Assembly (NCBI GenBank): GCA_018266355.1
Contig: JAFEAP010000029.1
Span: 711,414 to 775,413 of the forward strand
DNA: 64,000 nucleotides
Reading direction: 5' to 3'
Source of the DNA: Bdellovibrionales bacterium
Lineage (GTDB): Bacteria; Bdellovibrionota; UBA1018
Part shown: positions 19,858-29,489 of the stretch, one piece after another
How the letters are laid out: every line of letters starts with the position of its first letter
Position numbering within the stretch: the first letter of the stretch is position 1
Made by a program: the position numbers and the translations under genes
The notes under the pieces: model-generated
What the model was told of the DNA's origin: nothing
Databases searched by the model: none
What the model saw: the letters and a program-made list of their open reading frames with translations, nothing else

Positions 19858-20940
19858 TTAGTTCGCTTTCGTCGCGTCTTCGCCCGGAAGTTGTTTTTTT
19901 CGAGGGCCGCCGGTACCGATGCCCGGCGAATCGGTAAGAGCTTTATCTTGGTTTTGACCGGTTTTCTCGCCCATGACGTCGTTCTTCTTTTGATTCGCTC
20001 GTTCAGCGAGAGTTACCGGATCGGAGGCGAATTTTTTAAACTTTTCGAAGAGATCGCCTGGATTAGACTTCAAACTCTTCACGCAACCTTCTTGATCGGC
20101 GGCGGCGCTGTTCGCACCGGTGCCGCACCAGTAGCGTGGAAACGCGGCGACGTAATGAGCTATGCAATTTCCCCTAATCGCGACTTCATTGAGAAGATTC
20201 GCCCAGATGGCTTTCTTTTGAGCTCCAAGTACCGAGTTGTAGGCATCTGAAGCAATCTTGAATTGCCCGTTCTGCGCCGCGCAGGTGTCGTGATAGTTGG
20301 TAAAATCTCCCGAGTCGATCGCAGCTTGAACGGCATTGTGGCAGGCGCTCTCGGCATCATCGAGTGTCGAATTCGCGTTCGAGATGAGTTCGAGGGCGTT
20401 CGCGGTGGTGGCGTCGCCTTCACTATTTTTCTTCTTCTTTTTTCCAGCGGGAGCCGGCGCCGCCACTGTGAATGCGGTATCCCAAAGTTTCGAGGCGGCC
20501 GCGCATTTGTCGGAATTCGCGGCCTTAAACTTAGCGTCCCCGCACTTCCCGCCGGCGAGTTCAGGGTAAATCATTTCGATGATCGTTTGCGAGCTCGGAA
20601 TCCGATTCAATTGACCGAGGATAGTGGTCGTCCCGGTTCCTTCTACGCTTTCGACGAAACCAATATTTTTCGAATGGTTGTCGTTACCGATAAATTTCGT
20701 CTGTGGCTTATCCGGATCGTGCGCTCCGTAATTAGGATCGCAACCGTAGCACATCGATTTATAATATTGGAATTCTTGGACCTTGGCGTTTTTAGGATCG
20801 CGTACTGTACTGCAGCTGATTGTACCCTCGAGTTCCGCGAATTTTTTTTCGACCCGATCGCAAGTGGCGTCATCAAATGCGTAGGCGACGCTCGTCCCGA
20901 TGGGCGTGAACAAAACGAGTGAAAAAAAAGTCAAAACCAT
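19858..20940 (-). CDS. Secreted Cys-rich hypothetical protein (lower-GC island)
   Basis: Signal peptide MVLTFFSLVLFTPIGTSVAYA and about 16 Cys. A poly-Lys linker (GKKKKKN) is present. Local GC is roughly 50%, against about 65% for the flanks. No recognisable catalytic motif. Confidence 0.6.
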   Translation of the reverse strand: MVLTFFSLVLFTPIGTSVAYAFDDATCDRVEKKFAELEGTISCSTVRDPKNAKVQEFQYYKSMCYGCDPNYGAHDPDKPQTKFIGNDNHSKNIGFVESVEGTGTTTILGQLNRIPSSQTIIEMIYPELAGGKCGDAKFKAANSDKCAAASKLWDTAFTVAAPAPAGKKKKKNSEGDATTANALELISNANSTLDDAESACHNAVQAAIDSGDFTNYHDTCAAQNGQFKIASDAYNSVLGAQKKAIWANLLNEVAIRGNCIAHYVAAFPRYWCGTGANSAAADQEGCVKSLKSNPGDLFEKFKKFASDPVTLAERANQKKNDVMGEKTGQNQDKALTDSPGIGTGGPRKKQLPGEDATKAN

Positions 20941-21109
20941 CCGTGGTTTCACAGGAAATCCTCTCAATAGGGGCGCTTCGCCCCCATGAATAGCGTAACA
21001 CATTTTCCGAAAAGTCTAGTTTCGCCGAGTTTCCAGAGGTTTCCGTCAATAAACCGACGACGCGTTTTTATGCGAGTTTGTTATACTTAAACGTGGTGAG
21101 GAACGGGGA

Positions 21110-22567
21110 ATGAGGACGATGAATCCAGTCGGAGCATTTTTAATCCTAGCGATCGGGGCGTCGTTCGCCACGACCGCGGTCGCGGACGAGCCGGTCTGCG
21201 ATCCGGGAAATCCGACCGATCCGGGCTCTTCCCAAGTCGAGGCGCTCGCGAACGACACCGACTGCGCGCAGAAGGACGATTTCAAGAACTCCTGCGCCTA
21301 CAAGAATTTCGTGCGCAAAGAGCAGAAGGCCAATCTGGACAAGGTGGGCGTGGGTTGGGCCGCGAATTTCGCGCGGATTTTCGACTCGAGCGCCACGTTC
21401 GGCACCGGCGAGGACGCGCTTGCCAAACTTCGTGACGCCGTGAAGAAGCCCGGGTTCTTCGACTTTCTCGACTGGTGGGCGACTCACGACCGAATCGCCT
21501 ACACGAACAATCTCCCCGAGAGCATCCCGAGCTCGGTTTCGAAGGACGAAGCGCGCGGCTATTTAAGGGCGCTTTCGTACCTGAAAATCATGGACGACAC
21601 GAACATGGTTCGTTCGGCGCTCGAGATGCTCGCGATGTTTCCGGACGAAGAACGCGCGAAAGTGACGAAGGACCAGTTCCAGGAATTGCTGCGTTCGCTT
21701 TTTCGGCGCGGTTACGAGTACAAACTCGACCATAACGTCGGTTGCGGTTCCTTCTACGCGAAGATGAGCCAGAGTTCGAAAGCGTTCGAGAAGTTCGGCC
21801 CGCAGCTTCGTCCGGGGGATTTCACTCCTTCGGCCGAGCGTAAGGACGCCGAGAAGTCGGCGATCGAAAAAACGTCGGATTTTCGCGGGATCGCGAACGT
21901 CACGAAGAACCTCGCGGCGTGCGGGGGGCTGAATACCGCCGTTCGCCACAGCACGGGAATTTTGAACCCGAGCTGCGACGTAAACCTTCCGATGGTCATC
22001 TTTCCCGATAACGAGGCCACCCTGACCGCGAAGTCGAAAAAGATTCTCGCCGACGCGATCGCTTCGGACGAATGCTTCAAGAAAATGACCGCCAAGGGCA
22101 TGAAGATCGCGAAGATCGCCGTCGCGACCTCCGCGAATACCGTGCATAACACGAAGAACTACTGCAAACGGGATTTCGCCAAGCTTTCGGGCGACCGGGC
22201 GACGACCGTTCTTTCCGCGATGAAGGATCAGTTCCCGGCGCCGGGCATCGAGTTCGAGCCGCATTCCGGCGGCGGTAACGGCGACGGGACCAGCGGCGAC
22301 TGCGCGTACGAAGCGATTCTCCTGAAGAAGCCGGAACCGGGTAGTTTCGAGGTGAAAGAAACGGTCGACGGGAAGGAAGTCACGCGCTCGTTCCGCGAGC
22401 CGTACGCTCCGGAGTATTCGACGGACGCGAAGCGGAAATCCCTCGAAAAAAACAAGTACGCGATCACGACGATCTATTTCGAAGACAAATCCCAGGTCGT
22501 CGACGGTAAGGACTACCAGTGGTCGACGACGACCGCCTGCCGTACGGTCGAGTTCGATTGTCGCTGA
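21110..22567 (+). CDS. Secreted Cys-containing hypothetical protein with a C-terminal OmpA-like (peptidoglycan-binding) domain
   Basis: GAGGA RBS and a signal peptide (MNPVGAFLILAIGASFATTAVA). The C-terminal segment VIFPDNEATLT...IAVATSANTVHNTKNYCKRDFAKLSGDRATTV follows the OmpA_C pattern. Confidence 0.6.
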   Translation: MRTMNPVGAFLILAIGASFATTAVADEPVCDPGNPTDPGSSQVEALANDTDCAQKDDFKNSCAYKNFVRKEQKANLDKVGVGWAANFARIFDSSATFGTGEDALAKLRDAVKKPGFFDFLDWWATHDRIAYTNNLPESIPSSVSKDEARGYLRALSYLKIMDDTNMVRSALEMLAMFPDEERAKVTKDQFQELLRSLFRRGYEYKLDHNVGCGSFYAKMSQSSKAFEKFGPQLRPGDFTPSAERKDAEKSAIEKTSDFRGIANVTKNLAACGGLNTAVRHSTGILNPSCDVNLPMVIFPDNEATLTAKSKKILADAIASDECFKKMTAKGMKIAKIAVATSANTVHNTKNYCKRDFAKLSGDRATTVLSAMKDQFPAPGIEFEPHSGGGNGDGTSGDCAYEAILLKKPEPGSFEVKETVDGKEVTRSFREPYAPEYSTDAKRKSLEKNKYAITTIYFEDKSQVVDGKDYQWSTTTACRTVEFDCR

Positions 22568-22586
22568 TCGGAGAGGAGGGGGCGCC

Positions 22587-23420
22587 GTGACGAAGAAAAA
22601 AGTCGTCGAATCCCTCACCGAAGAGCAGAAGCGCATCATGCAGAAGGCCTCCCCGGCGTTGAATCGCCAAGTCGGGGGCGATTTCACGAAGATCGACTCT
22701 TCCGAGCGGAAGCAGCTCCTGCTTCGCGCCGCGCCCCACGCGCGCCAGCCGAGCATGCTCTGGACGAAAGACCGGAAACTCACGAAGAAGTTCTACGTCC
22801 GGCGCTACCTCGAATTCCACGGTCAGCTCGAGTGCGAATTCGCCGACCGCGCGTCCCGGGTGCTCGGGGAAGTGGATCAGGAGCTCGATATCGCGGGCAC
22901 GAACGACATCTACTTCAACATGCGGTGCGAGGAATCGACCGTGTTTTTCCACCTGAATCGCCGGGCGATTTCGAGCCGGAACGGCCTTCTGCTCGTGCGC
23001 GTGCCGAGCGACCTCTACGAGATCCAGCGCCGCGCCCAGCTTCGCTACCGCTCGAACGGTGGCGACGGGTTCCGGATCGAATCGGAAGTCTTCAGCCTCT
23101 GGCTCGAGGACCTTTCGATCCTCGACGTCAGTTCGGGCGGGATCGGCGTTCAGGTGCGATTCAAGACCGATGCCGAAGCCGATGCATTCAAGCTCGCCGA
23201 GGATTCGCGTCTCCATTTCCACCTCGATTTGAAGGTTTTCTCCTTTCTCGCCCAGGGAGAGGTTCGCTACCTCCGAAAGGCGACCGACGACGAGACCGGC
23301 CAGCCGGTCGTCCGCATCGGGATTCGTTTCGTCGGACTCCCGCAGGAAACCGTCGAAGCGATCCAGATCCTCGTCCTCGAGCGGAGCTATTCGCGCCTGC
23401 GCGAGATGTTCACGGACTAG
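22587..23420 (+). CDS. PilZ-domain c-di-GMP-binding protein
   Basis: RxxxR (QRRAQLR) and DxSxxG (DVSSGGIGV) motifs of the PilZ domain; an N-terminal extension may be a PilZN/YcgR-like domain. Confidence 0.7.
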   Translation: MTKKKVVESLTEEQKRIMQKASPALNRQVGGDFTKIDSSERKQLLLRAAPHARQPSMLWTKDRKLTKKFYVRRYLEFHGQLECEFADRASRVLGEVDQELDIAGTNDIYFNMRCEESTVFFHLNRRAISSRNGLLLVRVPSDLYEIQRRAQLRYRSNGGDGFRIESEVFSLWLEDLSILDVSSGGIGVQVRFKTDAEADAFKLAEDSRLHFHLDLKVFSFLAQGEVRYLRKATDDETGQPVVRIGIRFVGLPQETVEAIQILVLERSYSRLREMFTD

Positions 23421-23488
23421 GGCGAGCGGGCCGTTCTAGGAAAAAAATGCCTCCCGCCGCCGCGCCCGGGCGATGACATAATAGAGGG

Positions 23489-24205
23489 ATGTTTCTGGGC
23501 GCCCTCGTCATCGCGCTGACCTCGATTTCCGCTCACGCCGGATGGCCCGACCTGGCCGTCGGTGACGTTTTCAAGTTTCCGATCTTCGGTACGGATAAGC
23601 ACGCCGTCCGTCCGACCCAAGTCGCCGTCGGCGCCCGCGCCGTCGAACAGAAACGCCAGGACTTCGAGGACATGAGCAAGGACGAACTCAAGAAAGCGCT
23701 CAAACGCGATCCCGTCCCGGTCATCGCCGCCCCGGACGGGAATTTCTACATGATCGACCATCATCACCAGACGCTCGCGGCGTACGAAGTCGGGCGAGAG
23801 GACGTCTATTTCGTCCTCGAAGGCGACCATTCGAAGATGTCGGATATGGATCAGTTCTGGAAGCTGATGAAAGCGAAGAAGTGGGTCCGGGAATTCGACG
23901 AGATGGGGAAACCGATCGTGATTCCCGACGGCCTGCCGAAGTCGATCCTGAAGATGAAGGACGATCCGTTCCGAAGCCTCGCCTGGTACGTGCGGAAGAA
24001 CGGCGGTTACCGAAAAACTTCCGTCGAATTCGCCGAGTTCGTCTGGGCCGATTTTTTTCGCACCCGCATCGACCTCGGAAAGGGCGACAAGGGTTTCAAG
24101 AAAGCGGTGAAAGAAGCGACCGACCTCGCGCATACCGACGCGGCGAAGAACCTGCCCGGGTGGAGCCGTAAACCCGTGGACTGTGCCAGCTGGTTTCATT
24201 TCTGA
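23489..24205 (+). CDS. Secreted ParB-like nuclease-domain protein (ParBc_2/PF08857-like)
   Basis: Signal peptide. The VRPTQVAVGARAVEQKR motif, a DHHH cluster and overall pattern resemble the putative ParB-like nuclease family. No parA nearby. Confidence 0.55.
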   Translation: MFLGALVIALTSISAHAGWPDLAVGDVFKFPIFGTDKHAVRPTQVAVGARAVEQKRQDFEDMSKDELKKALKRDPVPVIAAPDGNFYMIDHHHQTLAAYEVGREDVYFVLEGDHSKMSDMDQFWKLMKAKKWVREFDEMGKPIVIPDGLPKSILKMKDDPFRSLAWYVRKNGGYRKTSVEFAEFVWADFFRTRIDLGKGDKGFKKAVKEATDLAHTDAAKNLPGWSRKPVDCASWFHF

Positions 24206-24232
24206 AGTTCGAACCCTCAGAGGGATCCGAAA

Positions 24233-25534
24233 ATGTCTCCGCTCCTGCTGACCTATAAAGAAAAGATCAAGCGGCTGTCCACCCGGATCGTCGAGGCCCA
24301 GCGTCCGATCCGGATCCTCGATTCGGTCAAGCTCCCGCCCCACGTGACTTCGGAGCTTCGGAAGTCGAACTTCAAGGATCTCCCGAAACTCCTTCCGGAG
24401 CATTACGAAAAGCACAACCCGATCGGTTTCGACCTCGACGCGAAAGAGGCCGATTTGAAGGAAATCATCGCCGAAATCGAGCGCGACCTCGGTAAGGACG
24501 ATTCCGTCGGTCGTCTCCTCGTCGGAATGGCCGAGCAGTACCTCACGGTGATCGATCTCCTTCGCGCGCGCGGTCGCAAGGAGTTTTGGGAGTTCAGCCG
24601 GCGCCTCTACGGCAGCCCGCGCGACCATATCTATAACGATACGAACACGATCAGCGACCTCGGTCGGATGATGTACGGGATCCTGACGAATATCACCGCG
24701 TTCGATCTTCCCGAACCGCCGAAAGAGGACCTCGCGGCGGAAAACGTCGTCGACGAGTTGAACCGACGGTTCCAGGTCTATTTTCCCGACGGCTCGGTGA
24801 GCGCGAAGCTCTCCGACGGGATCATCGCCGACGCCGCGGCCGGCGGCGACACGGTGAAGATCCGGTCCGATTCGATGTTTTCCACCCGGGATATCGACAT
24901 CCTCGAAGTTCACGAGGGGTGGGTGCATGTCGGAACAACCCAGAACGGAAACCAGCAACACATCGCGAAGTGGCTTTCGAAGGGGCCGCCGAGGTGCGCC
25001 TCGACCCAAGAGGGCCTCGCGGTCATCATGGAGATCTTCAGCTTCCGCTCCTACCCGAAACGCGCGAAGAAGATCAATGATCGGATCATCGCGATCGAGA
25101 AGGCCGAAGAAGGCGCGAATATCCTCGAATTGATCGAGTACTTCCGGACGGAAGGGTACTCGGAGGAGGATTGCCTCCAGTCGGCGAAGCGAATCTGCCG
25201 GGGAGGGACCCTTGAAGGCGGGGCGCCCTTCACGAAGGACATCTCCTACTGCAAAGGGTTCATCGAGAACTATAATTTCATGCGGTCGGCGATTCGGGCC
25301 GGTAAGCCGAAACTCCTGCCCTTCCTCTTCGTCGGCAAGGTCCACGTCGACGACGTTCCGCTCCTCTACCAGAAGTACGAGGAGGGGATCGTGGACCCGC
25401 CGAAGTACCTTCCGCCGCTTTTCCGCGATCTGAGCGGCCTTTCCGTATGGATGAGCTTTTCGAACTTCCTGAACGTGGTGAACCTGAAGCAGGTCCAAGA
25501 GCATTACGACCGCTTGTTCAATTCCCACCTCTAG
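24233..25534 (+). CDS. DUF1704 / QEGLA-motif protein (MATCAP-like putative metallocarboxypeptidase)
   Basis: The exact QEGLA motif is present (STQEGLAVIMEIF), together with an HEGWVH (HExxxH) zinc-binding-like motif. The protein is 433 aa, matching the TIGR02421-type family. Confidence 0.75.
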   Translation: MSPLLLTYKEKIKRLSTRIVEAQRPIRILDSVKLPPHVTSELRKSNFKDLPKLLPEHYEKHNPIGFDLDAKEADLKEIIAEIERDLGKDDSVGRLLVGMAEQYLTVIDLLRARGRKEFWEFSRRLYGSPRDHIYNDTNTISDLGRMMYGILTNITAFDLPEPPKEDLAAENVVDELNRRFQVYFPDGSVSAKLSDGIIADAAAGGDTVKIRSDSMFSTRDIDILEVHEGWVHVGTTQNGNQQHIAKWLSKGPPRCASTQEGLAVIMEIFSFRSYPKRAKKINDRIIAIEKAEEGANILELIEYFRTEGYSEEDCLQSAKRICRGGTLEGGAPFTKDISYCKGFIENYNFMRSAIRAGKPKLLPFLFVGKVHVDDVPLLYQKYEEGIVDPPKYLPPLFRDLSGLSVWMSFSNFLNVVNLKQVQEHYDRLFNSHL

Positions 25535-25577
25535 GGTTAAACTCGGAGTAACGCAGTCTCGAACCGGAGAAAGAAAC

Positions 25578-26399
25578 ATGAATCGTTTCGTCAAATTTTT
25601 GGCGCTGGCCCTTCCGACCCTCCTCTCAGCTCTTCCGGCTTCGGCCGTCGACGTGGCGAAAGTGAACGGCAAGGTGATCACGGACGCCGACGTGAAAGCG
25701 TCCCTCGCGGGCTTCAACGAAGGCCAGCGTCGCCAGATCCTGAGCGATCTGAACACGCGCCGGGAAGTCGTGAATAACCTCGTCGACCAGGAGCTGCTGA
25801 TCCAAGAAGCGGAGAAGCAGAAGCTCGACAAGGATTCCGAATACGAGACCGCGTACCGTGCTTTTCGACGCCAATACCTCACGGATCGCCTGCTCTCGAA
25901 AAACGTGAAACCGAAGCTGAGCGAAGCGGCGGCCAAGAAATATTATCAGCAAAACAAGCGCGACTACTCGACCGATAAGGTCCAGGTCCAACACATCCTG
26001 CTCTCCGACGAAAAGACGGCCCTCGAAGTCCTCAAGCAGGCGAAAGCGCCGGGCGCGGATTTCCAGAAGCTCGCGGAAAAGGACTCGAAGGACCCCTCGG
26101 CGAAGAATAACCGCGGCGACATCGGCGTGATCACGCGCGACTCGCCGTTCGTGGCGGCGTTCAAGGACGCGGCTTTCGGAGCGAAGACCGGGGAGATCGT
26201 CGGTCCGGTGAAAACCCAGTTCGGATACCACATCATCAAGGTCGTGGATAAGTCGACGGGCAAGATCCTGAACTACGACGAAGTCGAGCTTCGCGTGAAG
26301 TCGGATCTCCAGCGCGAGATGGTCCAGAATTACATCACCCAGCTGAAGAAGTCGGCCGGGGTGATTCTCGACGAAAAAGCCATCACTTCGCTCAAGTAA
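25578..26399 (+). CDS. Periplasmic parvulin-type peptidyl-prolyl cis-trans isomerase (PrsA/SurA-like)
   Basis: Signal peptide; PpiC domain (VQVQHILL...GDIGVITRDSPFVAAF...GYHIIKV). Confidence 0.85.
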   Translation: MNRFVKFLALALPTLLSALPASAVDVAKVNGKVITDADVKASLAGFNEGQRRQILSDLNTRREVVNNLVDQELLIQEAEKQKLDKDSEYETAYRAFRRQYLTDRLLSKNVKPKLSEAAAKKYYQQNKRDYSTDKVQVQHILLSDEKTALEVLKQAKAPGADFQKLAEKDSKDPSAKNNRGDIGVITRDSPFVAAFKDAAFGAKTGEIVGPVKTQFGYHIIKVVDKSTGKILNYDEVELRVKSDLQREMVQNYITQLKKSAGVILDEKAITSLK

Positions 26400-26400
26400 G

Positions 26401-27180
26401 ATGATCGCGCGATCCCTCGCGGTCTTATTCGCCGTCGTCCCGTTCGGCGCCCTCTCGGCGTACGCCGGCGCGGATTTCGTCCTGCATCCGGAATTGAAGG
26501 AGCTGCGCATGCAGGCTCACTTCATCTATTACGGTAGCGGTTTCGCCGCGGACTCGGCGCGGATCGCGACCGAAGAGATCGGACGAATGTGGAGCGAGTC
26601 TCCGGACGGAAAACCCTTCGTCGTCCGCGTCGGATCCGAGGACTACGATCTTAGGATGGAGGCGAGCTACGAGATCGTCGCCGAAGCCGACGTCCGGGCG
26701 ATCGCTAAAGCGAACGTCGATCCGGGAGTCCAATTCATCCGCCTCGAGAAGGGCGGAAACCCCGGCGACCGCTCGTTCTATTACTTGAGCGGGAACTGCG
26801 GCGTCTTTTACGAATCGGACGAACTCGGGATCTCCACCACGGCCGCGCACGAATTCGGCCACGGACTCGGGCTTCCGCATCCGCGCGTCGTCGATTGGCG
26901 CGGCAAGGGCCGGCCGCCGGTCATGCTTCCGCGCGGCTGCCTGGTCGATGCCCAGTACCAGTGGGATCCGTCGGTCCCCGCCGGAAAGCCGGGCGGGACC
27001 GTGAAGCCCCATACCCGGAAGGTGCTCCAGTTCGACATCGATAATCTCGACCTCGGGCACAAGCTCCAATTCGACGTCGAAGGAAGAGCGAGCCTCGGCC
27101 GCGCCCAAAACACGATTCTCGGCGTCAGTCCGCAGAGGTCGATCGACCTCGACGATCCGAACTCGCCCTGGATCGAGTGA
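26401..27180 (+). CDS. Secreted zinc metalloprotease (metzincin, HExxHxxGxxH)
   Basis: Signal peptide; HEFGHGLGLPH zinc-binding motif; start 1 nt after the PPIase stop. Confidence 0.75.
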   Translation: MIARSLAVLFAVVPFGALSAYAGADFVLHPELKELRMQAHFIYYGSGFAADSARIATEEIGRMWSESPDGKPFVVRVGSEDYDLRMEASYEIVAEADVRAIAKANVDPGVQFIRLEKGGNPGDRSFYYLSGNCGVFYESDELGISTTAAHEFGHGLGLPHPRVVDWRGKGRPPVMLPRGCLVDAQYQWDPSVPAGKPGGTVKPHTRKVLQFDIDNLDLGHKLQFDVEGRASLGRAQNTILGVSPQRSIDLDDPNSPWIE

Positions 27181-27196
27181 CGAGGACCGCGATCGA

Positions 27197-27934
27197 TTAA
27201 AGTCGGCGCTCGATCTCGGCGGTCACGCCGGCCGCCCACGCCTTGCACTCGCGGATCTCGGTCGGATTCTTCGAACCCGGCCAGTTGTAGTGGACGCCGT
27301 CCGCGCCGGTCGAAGGGTAGTGGGAGTACTTCCGGCTGTCGATGAACGCGCACTCGGGTTTACCGGTCTTCTTCGCCGCGGCGGCGATCGCCGCGCGGAC
27401 GATCGAGACCTTGGCCTCGACGTCCGGAGCTTGGAAGTTCTTCCTCGTCATGTTCGGGGGGCCGATCCAGACGCAGGCGTCGCTCTCCGTTTGGGCGATC
27501 TCGATCAGCCGGGCCGTCTCCGAGATTTCCTCTTCGCGGAACTTCGTCCCCGGGTGGTAGTTCGTTCCGAGCGCGATGACGGTGATCCGCCGCTCGGTCG
27601 CCGAGCCGGTGCCCTGGTCCTTCCAAAGATCCCGGAGCTTCGGGGTGAGGATCTTCTCCACCGGCCGGACGGTGCTCGCCCGCGTCGCCGAGGTCTCATG
27701 CAACCCGACCGGCGTCGTGTAGACGCCGTTCAACCACTGGAGGGGGGCCGAGCCGCCGCTCGCGAAGAAGTCGAACTCGGCGCCTTTTCGGGCGCGAAGC
27801 CACGTTTCGATCTCGAGACCCCATTGGCCGAGGCCGTGGGAGTCGGTGATCACGACGAAACGATCGGCCGCTCCGGCGTGAGCCGAAGCGAGTCCGAGAG
27901 CCAGAAACAGGAACCGGAGACGACGGAGACGCAT
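27197..27934 (-). CDS. Secreted SGNH/GDSL-like hydrolase
   Basis: Start taken at the internal Met, MRLRRLRFLFLALGLASAHAGA. A VVITDSHG block I motif is present, and the C-terminal region contains His. The gene lies downstream of the sigma54 response regulator gene. Confidence 0.55.
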   Translation of the reverse strand: MRLRRLRFLFLALGLASAHAGAADRFVVITDSHGLGQWGLEIETWLRARKGAEFDFFASGGSAPLQWLNGVYTTPVGLHETSATRASTVRPVEKILTPKLRDLWKDQGTGSATERRITVIALGTNYHPGTKFREEEISETARLIEIAQTESDACVWIGPPNMTRKNFQAPDVEAKVSIVRAAIAAAAKKTGKPECAFIDSRKYSHYPSTGADGVHYNWPGSKNPTEIRECKAWAAGVTAEIERRL

Positions 27935-27971
27935 CGGCCGAAACCTCCCGCATAAGCGGATCGACGAACGG

Positions 27972-29489
27972 TTATTCGGTAAAGTCCTTCGCGACGATTC
28001 CGTATTTCTCGAGTTTCCGAAGAAGGGTCTTCTTCGGGATGTTCGCATGCAGGGCCGTCTGGTTGATCCGGCCGTTGAACGCCTTGAGCGCCGAGATGAG
28101 GAACCGTTTCTCGAACTCTTCCTTGTTGGCTTGGAAGTCGAGCTTCGTGAAGTCGAGTTTAAAGCCCGACTCGTCGAGGCCTTCGCCGAGATTCAATGCG
28201 CCGTTCGCGACGGAGAGCGCGATGTCCGCGTCGCCGTCGTCCAGCTCCGAAGCCGACGCCTCCGCGCCGAAGGCAGCCGCCGGAAGGACTTTCCCGAGGG
28301 TGAGGCCCTTCGCGCGCGCGGCCGCGAGCACGGTTTCCGGGAGCGATTCGGAGGTGATTTCGTCCGCCGTTTCGATCACGAACGCGTGCTCGATGACGTT
28401 CTCGAGTTCGCGGATGTTACCCGGCCATTGGTGGGCCTTCATCGCTTCCATCGCGTCGGCCGAGATGCCGGTGATGTTCTTGCGGTGTTGGGTATTGAAC
28501 TTCTCGATGAAGTACTTCGAGAGGTGTTCGATGTCGCTCTTCCGGTCGCGGAGCGGCGGAAGCTGGATCGGAAGGACGTTCAAGCGATAGAAGAGGTCTT
28601 CGCGGAACTCGTTCTTCTTGATCATCTCTTCGAGGTTCCGGTTCGTCGCGGCGATGATCCGGACGTTCACTTCGATCTCGCGGTTCGAGCCGATCGGCGT
28701 GAACTTCTTCTCCTGGAGGGCCCGGAGGAGTTTCACCTGCATCGCCATCGAGATGTCGCCCATTTCGTCGAGGAAGAGCGTTCCGCCGTCGGCGTACTGG
28801 AACTTCCCGATCTTGCGCTGATCGGCGCCCGTGAACGCGCCTTTTTCGTGTCCGAAGAACTCGGACTCGATCAGGGTCTCCGGGATCGCGGAGCAGTTGA
28901 TCGTGACGAAGCGATTGTCCTTCCGCGGGGAGTTGTGGTGGAGGGCGGAAGCGACGAGCTCCTTGCCCGTGCCGGATTCGCCGCGGATGAGCACGGCGGT
29001 TTCCACGCGGGAAAGCTTGTCGATGACCGAAAAGACCTTCTTCATCTCGACCGACTGGCCGACGAATTCGGTGCCGCCCGGCATCTTGATGATCGGGGAG
29101 GACATCGCGATGTCCTTCACCATCTTGTTCGCCTTCAAGGCCTTTTCGACCATGTAGACGAGGTTATCGGCCTTGATCGGCTTTTCGAGGTAATTGTAGG
29201 CGCCCTGCTTCGTCGCCTCGACGGCGTCGCGGACGTTCGCGAAAGCGGTCAGGATGAGCGCGATGATCGACGGGTCGTGCGCCTTGATTTCCTTCAGGGC
29301 TTCGAGACCCGAGAGACGCGGCATGTTCACGTCGAGGAGGACGAGGTCGTACTTGCCCGCGCGCACGCGGTTGACCGCTTCCTCGCCGTCCGAGGCCTGG
29401 TCGACCTGGAAGTGGTTTTCGGAAAGGGCCGACGCCACCGTAAGGCGGAGATCGGAATCATCATCGACGACGAGTACGCGGTACATCAC
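27972..29489 (-). CDS. Sigma-54-dependent response regulator (NtrC family: REC + AAA+ with GAFTGA + HTH)
   Basis: LLDVNMPRLSG in the REC domain. GESGTGKE Walker A, GAFTGA, and a C-terminal Fis-type HTH are present. An extended, roughly 80-aa acidic linker lies between the AAA+ and HTH domains. Confidence 0.9.
   Translation of the reverse strand: MMYRVLVVDDDSDLRLTVASALSENHFQVDQASDGEEAVNRVRAGKYDLVLLDVNMPRLSGLEALKEIKAHDPSIIALILTAFANVRDAVEATKQGAYNYLEKPIKADNLVYMVEKALKANKMVKDIAMSSPIIKMPGGTEFVGQSVEMKKVFSVIDKLSRVETAVLIRGESGTGKELVASALHHNSPRKDNRFVTINCSAIPETLIESEFFGHEKGAFTGADQRKIGKFQYADGGTLFLDEMGDISMAMQVKLLRALQEKKFTPIGSNREIEVNVRIIAATNRNLEEMIKKNEFREDLFYRLNVLPIQLPPLRDRKSDIEHLSKYFIEKFNTQHRKNITGISADAMEAMKAHQWPGNIRELENVIEHAFVIETADEITSESLPETVLAAARAKGLTLGKVLPAAAFGAEASASELDDGDADIALSVANGALNLGEGLDESGFKLDFTKLDFQANKEEFEKRFLISALKAFNGRINQTALHANIPKKTLLRKLEKYGIVAKDFTE

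Noticed and set aside
23489-24205. ParB-like protein as a chromosome/plasmid partition ParB
   Set aside because: It has a cleavable signal peptide, there is no parA or parS nearby, and no plasmid or mobile context. The ParBc_2-type putative nuclease family fits better.
27890-27910. Around 27,900 my base-by-base reading appeared 1 nt out of register with track ORFs 27197..28048(-) and 27696..27953(-), with register restored by 31,579. This would imply a frameshift in the SGNH hydrolase gene.
   Set aside because: Most likely my own miscount of the printed sequence. The track ORF is intact, and its translation is internally consistent when an extra C is assumed, so I used track coordinates and did not call a pseudogene.
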